From Octopus vulgaris (lineage: Eukaryota): a DNA stretch of 64,000 nt. Numbering within the stretch: the first letter of the stretch is position 1; each line of letters begins with the position of its first letter. Of this stretch, positions 14,748-27,272 are shown in pieces. Location of the stretch: contig OX597825.1 in the NCBI GenBank assembly GCA_951406725.2, positions 39,494,001 through 39,558,000 of the forward strand. The letters run 5' to 3'. Below the pieces are notes generated by a model. It was not told the origin of the DNA, did not search any database, and was given only the letters and a program-made list of their open reading frames with translations. The position numbers and the translations under genes were made by a program.

Positions 14748-15861
14748 TATTAATGCTAATAAATTTTACTTGTGATTTATTTGTCAGATTAAATTTTCCT
14801 TTTTTAATATGGAAAATTGACTGAGCTTATGGTTGATTTGAAACCATTTAATGGCCGTTCTACTGCAATCAATGATTATTTTTTATAATGGGACGTCAAT
14901 TCAACTGAAGAAAAATTCTTCTGTATTATTATTTACAGCTTCATATTTTACTGTTTGTACAATGCAACTAAATAAAATGGCTACTTTAATTGTATATTTC
15001 AAAAGACATGATTAAAATTTTTTTTTGTTTAAATTTATTCTTGATTATTTTTGTACCATGATTTTAAAGATGTATTTGTTTTTTAGTTTCTCATAATAAA
15101 TAAAATAAATTCTCTCAAATTTAGCTAATAAAAGTTACCTAATAACATTTTAAAATGTTATTCTTAGGTGCAATATTTAAAGTGCAGTAGAATTTTAATT
15201 TCAAGTACTTTTTAGTTTTCTCTAGACGTGACAAATTAGGCAAATCCCTCTGTAGAAACCTTGTTCTCTATTTTTCCAGGTATAATAACTGAAGAATATT
15301 AACACACCTACGCCCGAATTTTTCATTGTAATCCACATTTTCCCAGACAATGCAAGAAATATTCTTTTGTAAAAGCATATTTGAATTAAATGTAATCTGC
15401 CTCTATATCTATTTCCTTTTAAATTTTATAATTTTTTAGGGTCGTGAGATACGTAATTATAATTGTAAAAAACATTAGACCCTTTAATTACTGTGAATAA
15501 AAATTTTATATTCAAACAAAATGCATAATACGAACGCGCTAAAAGTAACTACAAAAATTCATTATGAAAATAAGTTTCTGTATAATAGTGAATATTAAAT
15601 TAACGTAATACTAATTTTATTAAAAAATCAAGAAATATATATATATATACTTAATATACTTAATATAATATTTTCTAATCAAAGTTAGATGCCTAGGTCT
15701 TGTGTAAAACATGGTAAATGTTTTTATTTTTCACTTCCTTCGAAATTGCTCTTAACTGTGGTGTTGGACTTTTGACTGTTCCTTCTAGCATGTAGGGCGG
15801 CATTTTAAGATCCGCTCTTTTTATGCTTAAATGTACACTAATTTTATATGTACATATATAA

Positions 15862-16431
15862 TTATTAAACAGGGCGTCAAATATTAAAGCAAGGGAAACA
15901 TATTAAGTCATATACAATATTATTATAGGAAGAAATTCAAAATCTTGCAGCTGTTTCTGGGTAATGACCGAACATGGGATATTCAGTAATCAGAGACAAA
16001 TAATGGGGGAGGGGGATATGGAAAATGAGAGTGGTATATATTAATAGTATGACGACATAGAGGAAGGGAGTAAACGAATAAGGAGATGGAAAGAAGATTC
16101 TGTTATTGATCGTTGATGTTGCTGTCTTTTTCTTGGGATGTCTACTATATCGGGACTTTAACCCACATTGATATACGCAGGATTGCACCTGAGGGCTCTG
16201 GATTATATGACTTCGAAAAGTTGAACTATTAAGTTTTATGCTTCTTTTTTCTTCTATCTTTCTATCCCCTTATTCTTTTATTCCTTTCCTCCATGTTGTC
16301 GATGACGCAATATCCCATATTTGGAGATATTCCATAAACGGCTGTACGCTCTTGAATATCTTCCTATAATAATATTGTGTATGATTTGAGATGTTTGCCT
16401 TGCCCTAAAGTTTGACGTCCTGTTTAACAAT
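15862..16431. repeat. Diverged inverted repeat pair (15862-15943 / 16349-16431)
   Basis: caatattattataggaaga occurs on both strands within ~80 bp of alignable sequence. Confidence 0.6.
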
Positions 16432-17764
16432 TGTATATCCGCTGCATCGGAAATCTGCAATGGTTTTATAGCTACCGTCTCGACTAGAACCTTGGAGCCC
16501 CAGTAATCCTTTACAGCACTTACCTAGCATACCTAATCGCTTAGATCCCCTGTGAAGAAAACACCCATACTTTGTGTATATATATAAACAAGAGCTACAA
16601 AGAAGAAGTATTAGAACATTTCAACTATATAGTAAGAAGAGAATATTTTAATATTAGTAGTAAAGCCATGGCTAATAAAATCTTTTTTAAATGCATAAAT
16701 AGCTTATGCATCCACCGTAAGGCAAGAGAAACCGCATGCCCTTGTTAGGGCAAAGTTAGTTTGTTAGTTCAAATCCATGTAAAATGAAAAAAAAAAGCCT
16801 GCAATTCAACTACTTTTCTTTTCAACTTGCCTGAAAATAAATACAAACTGTGAATTTTGCTACTCTGATAACCCAATCGTAATATCTGAATGCAGAATCT
16901 TTTGTCAATTTATCCTAAGAAATAATAATCTGAATACTGCTACTCTTATTAATATTGAATTAAATTTTAAAAGCAAACACAAATCATACTAAAACTACAG
17001 AAGTACTTACAACTTTGGTTGTTGTAATACTTTGCTCTCGTTTGTTAAATAAAAATTCCTCCTCGCATAATGATTTTACTTTCAGGCAGAAAATGTCTGC
17101 TTCTAAATTCTTTTTTTCTGATTAGGTGAAAATGATTAAGATTTAAACGTCAATAACATATTTTCTGCAATATGTATGTAAGTACGCATGTATGTATAGG
17201 CATGTATGTATTTATGTGTTTGTGTGCGTGTCTGTGTGCAAGTGCTTATTCACGATTGGCAGCAGAGAATAGTGCACTTGTCATCAATTGTTTTCAACTT
17301 ATCGCTCTCTCCATAAAGCTACGTTTTTGTCACACTCACCTTTGTTTCCTTTTATGAGTGTTTTAAAAGTTACTAATGTGTGTGTGCATGTGCGTGTGTG
17401 TCTAATGTGTTTATGCAGGGATGTGTGCAGCGTTACCTGTATATCCCAGAAATCTCCACTTTTTAGTATTATTATTTCTTTTTTTGCTACTGAACCAAAT
17501 TTCAAATTTTGCAGCTCAAAATGTAGCTTAGGTGATGACTAATGTAAAAATGTGTAAACATCATCACATTTGGTAAAAAGAAAAGTGAACTAGTGACGAA
17601 GCGTAGAAATAGTCGCTAGCGAGTAAATGTTGATCTTCAGAATATTATTCACACACGGCAGAGTGTGAATGATATTTATTACAATATATATCAGTTACAA
17701 TATAGAGCATTCTATGAATATGATACTTCAATAATGAATGGAATCAAACATTTTGGAATATTGA

Positions 17765-17976
17765 TTTCCAATTTTGGTTGAAGGCCATAAAATCTGGAGG
17801 GGAAAGAAATTGATGACATCGACCTCAGCCCTCAGCTGATACTCATTTCATCGAGTACCGAAAAGATAAAAAGGCAAAGATGACCTGGGTGGGATTTGAA
17901 CTTAGAATGTAGATATAGACGAAAGGCGGCGAAGTTTTCACCTTGCAGGTGAAAGTCTCTCTTAGCTCGTCGTCTT
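17765..17976 (-). mobile_element. Decayed SINE, second family (related copies ~22980-23150, ~23320-23510, ~56440-56545)
   Basis: Shared aaaggcaaa..acctcg..gg.atttgaact.agaa motif, which is a B-box-like GTTCAAAT on the minus strand. Confidence 0.65.
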
Positions 17977-18146
17977 ACACTATTTTAGACGTTTATCTTC
18001 TTTTTCTTTTTCGGCAGTTTTTACCTCAGTAATTTTTCTACTGAATATTTTTTCATATAAATAATGTAGGTAGATTCCTCTCGCCAAGATCTATCATATG
18101 TGTGTGTGTGGTGTGTGTGAGTTTGTGTGTGTGTATGTGCATATGC

Positions 18147-18300
18147 TTCTCTGGATCTTTCCTTCTCCTATGTTTCCGACGCAGACCTCCGCTCGAAACG
18201 TTAAAGCCCTCCTTCTTTCCTTCTTTCCTAAGCGTCCAATAATACTATATTTGTTCTACGTTCTCGCGTTGTTGTGTTTTTTGTTCTTTCTTATTTGGAT

Positions 18301-18305
<5 letters not shown>
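18147..18305 (+). mobile_element. Short TA-adjacent repeat with degenerate hammerhead-like motif; inverted sibling at 61072-61275
   Basis: tttccgacgcagacctccgctcGAAACGTTaaa. The sibling reads gtttccgactaagcgctccgctcGAAACGTTgaac on the minus strand. Both abut (TA)n at the same end. Confidence 0.6.
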
Positions 18306-18358
<53 letters not shown>

Positions 18359-19603
18359 TACATATATATGCATTCATGCATGCACACAGATTCTTTGAGC
18401 CAAAATTTGCTTATTTCATTGATCCACAAGAAAACTCATCGATTTCATATGAAGAATATTTATAAATTCAATACCCAAAGTCATTGACCTTGCATGACGT
18501 AAATAGCAGCGATGTTAGTAGTGCTTCCGTAAATGATTCCTCTTATATTCTTGAAAAAAAATGTCGATTTTCTGTCGTTATCATGGGAGGTATTGATCTT
18601 GCACACAGATCAATTATATTTTTTGGGTTTCTCTTTACAAAGATAAAAGTATCGTTGTTACTGGTCTGAAATTATTAACTGTTTGAAAAATTGAAAAAAA
18701 CAAACAACAACTCATCTCTATTACATGTCCAAATGAGGTTATTAATATCCATATCGTTGACGAAAAGGACTTTAAATTCCTGTGTTGCACGAACTCACGA
18801 AAGATTTTTGGATAACCCGTATATTTTCTTAAAAATGTTCATTTCTGCATTCCTTTCATTCTTTTCCTATGTAGATATCTAAATACCTATTCTCTTCTGT
18901 CTGTACTAATTTATGATTTAGTGATTGGAATACAAAAAATTGTATGTATATGGATGTATAGATATAGCATAGTGTTTGTGTCTCTGCATAAATGCGTACA
19001 TCAACTTAACAAATGATGTTTGAAAAATCATATATGAAATAAACTACTACGATAAAATAATGATATAATTATATACAATTTCATGTGTATATAATTAGAG
19101 AGAGAGAGAGAGAGTTTAAAATAACTTGTATCATTTTTACACGAGATTTCGGTGACAATCCAATCGTAAATAATAAAAAAATATTTTGGACAATGTTTCC
19201 TTATACGTCAATTTAAGGATACCCCACAAAAAAGTCATATAAGATTTCTAATGTATATATTTACATACCAGTGCGCGAACGTAAATTTAAATTGTCACAG
19301 ATACACATGTAAACATGCTGTAATTAAAGGAGTTTCAGCGACGAGGATATATTCTAAATTTAATTACTTACAGCATGTTTATTTGCTACCTACACACAGA
19401 TATATATATATATATATAAGTATATATATATATATATATATAAATAAAATAATAAATATAAGAGAATGGTCACTATGTGGCTCATTCTAGCACTAGAAAA
19501 TCCGAAAGGTTTCAACCACAAAAATACATGTTTCCTATGAAAGTCAGAACGATTGTTAGCTTACACGAACAGGGCAAATAAAATATAACAAAAATACAGA
19601 TTA

Positions 19604-19686
19604 TTTTGGGACAATTGTTTCGCTATTAATGAATTAAATGTAATTTTACTTACAAAAAAAACCCACTTGTAGCTCCTCAGCCAAAA
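19604..19686 (-). ncRNA. Minimal type I hammerhead ribozyme
   Basis: Reverse complement of the 20269-20350 motif, with core and stems intact. Confidence 0.78.
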
Positions 19687-20268
19687 CTATCTGGATGAAA
19701 TCCACTCAATCACACGCCAGATTTTACCATAACGATAAATATACGTGTGGTTCAATTGATTACATCCGACGTTATAATTCAAATGCCCTTACCAACAGCG
19801 CGCCAAACTTTCACGGAAACAAATACTACATTTAGAAATAAATGTAGCATAATTATAATTAATTAATAAGGGTGAGAGAATTAGATACTAATTTAATAGC
19901 ATATCTATTCAACACCAAGTGGCCCATTGCCTCGAGAAACCTGGATTATTATAATATTTTATAATATATTATAATATTTTATACAAAAATAAATATAAGA
20001 GAATGGTCACTATGTGGCTCATTCTAGCACTAGAAAATCCGAAAGGTTTCAACCACTATTAAATTAGTATCTAATTCTCTCACCCTTATTAATTAATTAT
20101 AATTATGCTACATTTATTTCTAAATGTAGTATTTGTTTCCGTGAAAGTTTGGCGCGCTGTTGGTAAGGGCATTTGAATTATAACGTCGGATGTAATCAAT
20201 TGAACCACACGTGTATTTATCGTTATGGTAAAATCTGGCGTGTGATTGAGTGGATTTCATCCAGATAG

Positions 20269-20350
20269 TTTTGGCTGAGGAGCTACAAGTGGGTTTTTTT
20301 GTAAGTAAAATTACATTTAATTCATTAATAGCGAAACAATTGTCCCAAAA
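20269..20350 (+). ncRNA. Minimal type I hammerhead ribozyme
   Basis: ttttgg CTGAGGA gcta..tagc GAAAC aatt GTC ccaaaa: stem I 6 bp, stem II, palindromic stem III, GUC cleavage triplet. Confidence 0.8.
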
Positions 20351-20618
20351 TAATCTGTATTTTTGTTATTTTTTATTTGCCCTGTTCGTAATCGTTCTGA
20401 CTTTCATAGGAAACATGTATTTTTGTGGTTGAAACCTTTCGGATTTTCTAGTGCTAGAATGAGACACATAGTAACCATTCTCTTATATTTATTTTTGTAT
20501 AAAATATTATAATATATTATAAAATATTATAATAATCCAGGTTTCTCGAGGCACTGGGCCACTTGGTGTTGAATAGATATGCTATTAAATTAGTATCTAA
20601 TTCTCTCACCCTTATTAA

Positions 20619-20699
<81 letters not shown>

Positions 20700-20706
<7 letters not shown>

Positions 20707-21790
20707 GAGTGTATTTTTACCTTGTTAACAATTAACACGGAAAAATAAATAAATAGTTACCAGGGCAGCAAATATCTCACAAGTAAAGGTGTAGTAACTC
20801 CTTGTTTATAAAGGTAGAACCATCGTGTTTCCGTTGAATATTTGAATAATATGAATAAAAAATGGAGTTAACGCAGGTGTAAACAAATATTTTTACTTTC
20901 GACACATGTTTCGAAAATTCCACTGATACTATTCAAAAGAATAAATGGTATAAACAATGCAATCTTCTCTTCGGGAAAGTGAAAAAACGAAACTCGTTAA
21001 TACGACATTTTAGCAAAAAAAGATGGATTTGTATAGCGATAGACAGAACGCTATTAATATTGTTTAAAAAAAACGTTATATGATATAACGTCATAAGTAT
21101 CTAACAGAAAGAGTAGGGATATTAATAGTGAATGTTAAATATAAAGGAAATTAAAGTTTAAATTATATATAATGATAGAGACTACTTATATGCACTAAAT
21201 GTATGTTTTTGCCAATGCTTACATCTGTATGCTCGCTCTATAACTGTGTTTAATATTCTTAACTAAATTCTTAGTAATTGCTCCAGGATGATTACTAAAT
21301 TTGCTAATGTACTTAAGATTGGTCAGCGGTTCATGATATGGGAAGTAAGAGTCACTGTGTAAATTAAGCGTAATATCTAAAAAGTTGGCCTTCGTCAGAT
21401 CGTCATCAAAAACGATTTTTGAGTAATCATCCTGGAGCAATTACTAAGAATTTAGTTAAGAATATTTCATTTAGATTATCTAAATTATCTGCCAATGTTG
21501 ATATTTTCAATAATAACGCTGAATGCTATAACTCTGCTTTAATCAAAGCAGAGTTATACAGAAAAAAATTTTCTACATTGACTCTGCTCAGTCTAATTGT
21601 AAATTCAATAATGTAGATAAGATTTCTAGTCGTAAAAGTATTATTGATAACAAACATAACTTACGCACCGATACAAAGCGAATGAAGGCAGATAACCCTT
21701 ATTTAATCCCCTATTATAGATCTATGGCAATACCAAAGCAAACAAGAGGTTATCAGGAATCAAATTTAAATTAAGCAGAAAAGGGAGAAA
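20700..21790 (-). mobile_element. Rearranged Penelope-like element relic (pLTR + RT thumb fragments, internal inversion)
   Basis: Minus ORF ANFLDITLNL..YFPYHEP...YISKFSNHP (PLE RT thumb). The same SNHPGAITKNLVKNI continues on the + strand from 21420. 20700-21260 is homologous to 52875-53480. Confidence 0.82.
20896..20979 (-). ncRNA. Hammerhead ribozyme, U4C variant or degenerate
   Basis: ctttc CCGAAGA gaagatt..aattttc GAAAC atgt GTC gaaag. Confidence 0.6.
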
Positions 21791-24529
21791 ATTCTTGATG
21801 AACGAACAAATTGACTACCATCGACTATTAATTTTTAATGCAAAACTTTATCCTTTCTGATAAATATATAAATATTATCGTATTATCATTGTTATCGATA
21901 AAAAAAATATTAAACACATTACCAACAGATTACAGAGACAACTGCGATAACAATAACAATAACAACAACAACAACAACAAAAAAGGTATGCAAACACTCG
22001 AATTATTTCCTTTGTATCAACTGAGATATCACCACGACACAAATCATGTCAAGAGGATATCCCTTGTGTAGAGATGTCTTGGAAACAATTTGCACGTGGA
22101 AGTGCTACCAGTCAAAAACTCCGTATACCGGAAGCCAGAAAGTTTATGGGGTCATCAGGAGAGAATGCACGCCGTTTCGGGGCCTACCTCTCGACGGCAT
22201 CAATACGCATCGGCTCCTCTCACTGATATGAGGCCCCGCTTGCTAGATCAGCTAGTTATCAAATAAAGCTCAATATTCTTCTAGCCATCACTCATCGCCT
22301 CTTTTTAATCAAATCCAGTGGCTAGCCTTCTCCACTGTAGTTTGGATATCGGTCATGGTGGTATTAACTTTACGATGTGTTAGGCCTAAGAATAACAACA
22401 GTCATCTCACACTGTGTCCAACGAACCCTCTACATCCGACATCGATTGTAAAATGTTTTTCTTTCCAACTTGCGTCTTCACATTCCTCGAGAAGGTTTAC
22501 ATAACGGTTAATTTTCGAGCCCGAGCGGCGTCCATATTATATTCATGAGGAAACGTTAACTCGACTAGATTTACAACTTTCCTTCTTTCACACCATATCA
22601 AAATATCTGATAAACTTAAATCTTTCTATATGGTGCATTAATTTTTTCTGCTCTAGAAGTCACGGTTGTTTAGATTAATTTGACAACAAAACATGATGTT
22701 TTGTTTCTTATACTTTTCCCTCAGCTACCGAAATTAGAGCAAAATTAATGTATTCAAAACAAACAGGAAATGCAACAGCATATATCATGTAGCACATATA
22801 TTGATGTGGCACCCATGATATTTTAGTTTATAAATGATGTACTGTAACTTATGTATTATTCAGTTGTTCAGTTGTTTGAAAGGTTGCCTTACTGTGAAGT
22901 AACATTCGCAGAATATAGATATATTCCTTTTATGCGTATAGATTTTATTACAGTCACTTTTTATGGATTTCAACTGTTGGCACAAGGTTACCAATTTCAT
23001 CGACCTCGGTGCTGAAATGTTACATAGTTTATAGATCTTGAAAAGGATCAAAGGCAAAATCAACCTCGCGGGAATTTGAACTGAGCTCCTAAAGCAGGAC
23101 AGAATACCACTAAGCATTTTTCCCCGTCGTGCCAACGGTTCTACCTCCTATCCGTTATACAACCTTTATTTATTAATAGTCCATTTCCCATTAGTTTATC
23201 CGAAATCATATATTAGTCAGTGGGTCCATGTCTGTGAATCTGATAACGAACCACATATATGGTCAAAATAAACTACTTTATCATTTGTTAGACTTTGAAA
23301 ATATTCATTGTACCTATATGAACTAGGCCTGAATTTTCTTCAGGAAATTGACCAGTTAATTACAACAACCCTAGTGTTCCACTGGTACTTATTGACCCGA
23401 AAGTCTGAATTGCAAAGTTAACATCCTCCAAATTTGAACTCAGAATGTAATGGTTGAGGTTATGGCGCTAAGCATTTTGTCCGATAACTACAGATATTGC
23501 CAACATGCCAAATAATGAATAGACAATGTCAAACAGAATTGAAACAAAAACATATTTTTGTATCACGCAGCATATTCATCGAGTTAGGCCCGCCATTTTA
23601 ATAAAAAAAATTTCCACTATAAGCACAAGATAATTATTCATCTTCAATAATAAAAAAACAATGCCGACCATTGCAGTTACAATCATCCGTTGACCGCATT
23701 ATTCAATTATACACTTCTTAAAATTACCTGGCGTAGTTCATCACTAGCAAGATATGCACATGAATGGCTAAGTTTTAACAGTCATCAAATTCTTATTATC
23801 AGTGTGTACTTGTAATTGGACATGTTCATGTCGTCTAGAGAACAAGTACAATTTATAGGAAGTCGTAAACTGGACTAAAATTACATTCTTCCTGAAATAG
23901 TTTGTATTAAATTCCGATTCATGCATTTTAATTTACCATTCTATGTAGTATGGCTTCTAACGTATTCTCTTAGTTGATATTTCAATTTCCCCTGTTATCA
24001 TATATGGCGTTACATTTTATATTTCTTCATGTTCATCGTAGCCTCACATAGCACAGAATAGTCACGTTTTTAGGTGTAAGAGATTTATGCTACAACGCAA
24101 AACTTATACCAACCATTTGCTGAAACATGCACCCTATATAGGTTGTGATTGTTCTTGACCGGCTCACATTATCTTAGTCATTTTTATTGGGCAATGTTTA
24201 ATCGATTAATTCTCTCTCCTTAAAATGGTGATTTAAATTCCAATCTAACCGATGGAAGACGTAAAATATCAAAATAAATTTCTATATTTGTGCGAAACAC
24301 AAATTAATTTCCATTACCTCTAAAGTTATTAATATCAATATTGTAAAATTTTAAATGCGAATACTATAAACCTATTTTCATCAAAGTAAACCGAACTGTA
24401 CATATACATTTAGTAATGTTACAAGCTTTGGTAACATTTTAGGTTCAACTTATGATATCCGATACATAACTTGCAACGAATGTACCTATGGAAAAATTAT
24501 CCACATATCCAATCATATCCGATATATAT

Positions 24530-24568
<39 letters not shown>

Positions 24569-24654
24569 AATATATATATATATATTTGTATACTTGTTTT
24601 AACATGTACAATACGTTTCCTAGAAGCATTTTAAGCGTTCTGTAAGAGAAAGAC

Positions 24655-24935
24655 TTTCACTCTCTCGGTTACGATGACAAGTGATACGATCAGCCGAACA
24701 GCTTGCTCGTGAAATTAATGAGCAAGTAGATGAGCACTCCTCAAACACAAAGGAGATTCAACGTAGCATGTAATGTGACTAGGTTTGCACTTTAAATTAA
24801 GGTACAAAACACGAATATATTGAATGTACTGAGGCAACGAGAAATAAAATGTATTTCTCAAGGATAAAACGCACTGCCGGGAATGGAACTCACAACGTTT
24901 GGTTCGTAAACCGAATACCCTAGCCACTACATCAT
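24655..24935 (-). mobile_element. Decayed SINE, same family as 14061-14364
   Basis: Shares ttaatttcacgagcaa..tgatcgtatca and the head tggctagggtattcgg..gtgagttccattcccggc. Confidence 0.75.
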
Positions 24936-25080
24936 CTGCTTTCACAGCTGGACCATTAATAAAAGTGTTGTTCTCCATTCAAAGCAACAAATACTAATTT
25001 CTCAGACTCTAAATTCCACTACTCTCTAGTAGAATCCAGTAACTTTCATAATCTGCACTTAAACTTTCTTTTCCTATAAC

Positions 25081-25186
<106 letters not shown>

Positions 25187-25289
25187 AGATGGTGCTATTA
25201 AGTTAGACATGGCCTGGGCCAATAATGGCCGAAACCTATCAAAGTATCAAAGTATCAAAGTATATATATATATATATATATATATATAA

Positions 25290-26050
25290 TGCTCCAAACC
25301 GTTGTGGTAAATGATTGATATGAATTGTAACAAGATCGGTCTCAGATACTGCTCGCACAAAGCGCACCACATATTTTTCACTTGTCGATAAATATACATC
25401 GACATAAGAATGAATTCACTGTTCTGGGTTGATTGGAATCTGATCATTCCCTTCTTTGAGAAAATGAGCATCGCCGAAGTGAAAACTCACTGCCCGAAGT
25501 AAAAAATTGTTTCTGCATCTGCTCATCTTAGACTATGAACGGGAAAAGGATATGGAATTTATATTTGACAAATTTCTATACAAGCTACTGCATTAAACCT
25601 TCTGCATGCGGTTCAGTGATTTCCAAAGGCTTTAGTGGAACGTATAATAGGGGTTTTCTGTTTTACTTCCTCGCTAAAGTATGAATCCTCAGGGTATTCT
25701 ATCATCGAGACCTACTAACACTACAGGAGGTTTTACATTACGACAGAAAATTATTATGATTTACATGCTTGTATATCAGTTTTGCAGACTGTGACGATGG
25801 TAGCATTAACGTTGAAATTAGTGTGTGTAGACACGAACTTGTTGCATTGTCTTGCAAAGTTCTGTTGACATGTAGTTGAACACAAATTTCGTTGGTCTGT
25901 GATAACTCGTTATTGTACTGTCAATATTTTGGAAGTCTTTGTCTCTGGTCTTGATGCTTTTATACTTACAACCATTAGGTAGTTCTGTAGTTGGACAAGA
26001 TCGTTTTCGTCTTCGTTTCGGGTTTCATTTAATTGACGTTGTGATTATTC
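25290..26050 (-). mobile_element. Possible highly decayed Penelope-like endonuclease relic
   Basis: Weak motifs only (KLIY, KFHILFPF), adjacent to (TA)n. Confidence 0.3.
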
Positions 26051-26788
26051 TTATACATCAATCAATAATAAACACGTGATCCCAACAAAGCAAATAATTA
26101 CAATAATAATGGTGATCAGCGGTGGCCACAACTACTCTAGTAGCATAATAACACTTATGTTATAAGCAATAATAATGATAGTGATAATAATCCCGGAATA
26201 CGAAACGATGGTCATTCGAACGGGACACTTCCAAATTGAGTCCACCGATTTTGCCATCACAGTCACCACAAAAAGTGTCATACAATCACATAAACTTGGC
26301 GAGCGCATAGCATAGTATAAATAAGTAATATAAGCTAATTACATTGCCATGTAAAGAGAGACGCACCGCAAACTCAAACAAAATTGCAGAAGGCGAAGAG
26401 GAAAAATCAGAGTAAGAGAGTAGCTTGCCACAAGTTTCAATTGAAAGATTATTATCTGAGGTCTAAAAAATAAAAGGTCTGAAGATATATGAAATTGTAA
26501 CGATCTTGATAATGTTAGCAGGAAAACAAGCAGTATTTGAAAAGCAAAGCACACATTTTCTTACAAACACATGGAATCTATAGTAGAAATGAAGAAGACA
26601 ATTCTGAATGAGTTCGCTGTTGTATGACATACAAATATAGAGAACCAATTTATAAACCGTCAAATGCAAATCAAAATAAAAACCAAATTAAAATTGGCAA
26701 CTATATAAAACAAGAAATCTTACAAAAGTTAAAACCTGATTTTACTGAGTTAAAAAAATATTTGCACATCTTCAAATTTAATTCAAAC

Positions 26789-26902
26789 CTGCTCCCCACT
26801 ACTATTGCTGGTGATAAGAGATACGCAGACCGTTATCCACTAAGGTACATGCTCAACTGGTTAAGGTAAAAGAAAATTGACAAACAAATATATGGCACCG
26901 AG
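26789..26902 (-). mobile_element. Diverged internal fragment of the 559 bp AAT-associated element, opposite orientation
   Basis: gctccccactact...ccactaaggtacatgctcaactggttaaggt matches the reverse complement of ~37160-37262. Confidence 0.75.
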
Positions 26903-27197
26903 GAGAATTAGAGACTATGGAAAATGTGGGTAAAATATATCCCAGTAATTATAGGTGCATTTGGAACTATCCGTACAGACTTGAACACATGGATAGAGGA
27001 AATGGGCATAAAACCCAGTTTAGTACAGCTCCAGGAAACAATGTTGTTAGGGGCAACTAAGATAGTTAGGAGACTTCTTAGCATCTAAGGTTGATTGTAG
27101 TAACCCAATGTTAGATTTTCCTTTCGTTTTTGCTTTCCAACAGTGAAATCAGACAGCAACAACAGCAGCAATAACAACAACAACAATAATAATAATG
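26903..27197 (+). mobile_element. 3' end of a second R4/Dong-like RLE family with (CAA/AAT)n tail
   Basis: YIPVIIGAFGTIRTDLNTWIEEMGIKPSLVQLQETMLLGATKIVRRLLSI*, homologous to IPIIVGALG...QKIALLGTAHILRRTLSI. Confidence 0.8.
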
Positions 27198-27272
27198 AGG
27201 ACAGACGACGGTAAAGATGACGCCGCCGACGACGACAACAACAACAAAAATAATGATATTAATAATAAGTCA

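Larger units (their letters stand above)
13836..15348. mobile_element. Foldback/MITE-like element with ~200 bp diverged terminal inverted repeats
   Basis: 13836-14040 aligns by eye to the reverse complement of ~15130-15348 (e.g. aaaaagtacttaaaattaaaattcta vs tagaattttaatttcaagtacttttt; gaaaaatgcgggcg vs cgcccgaatttttc). Confidence 0.7.
19451..20628. mobile_element. Palindromic, circularly permuted ~537 bp non-coding PLE-type repeat between two (TA)n tracts
   Basis: Direct repeat 19451/19988 (period 537). Inversion at 20057. The second arm repeats its own start at 20584. Confidence 0.88.
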
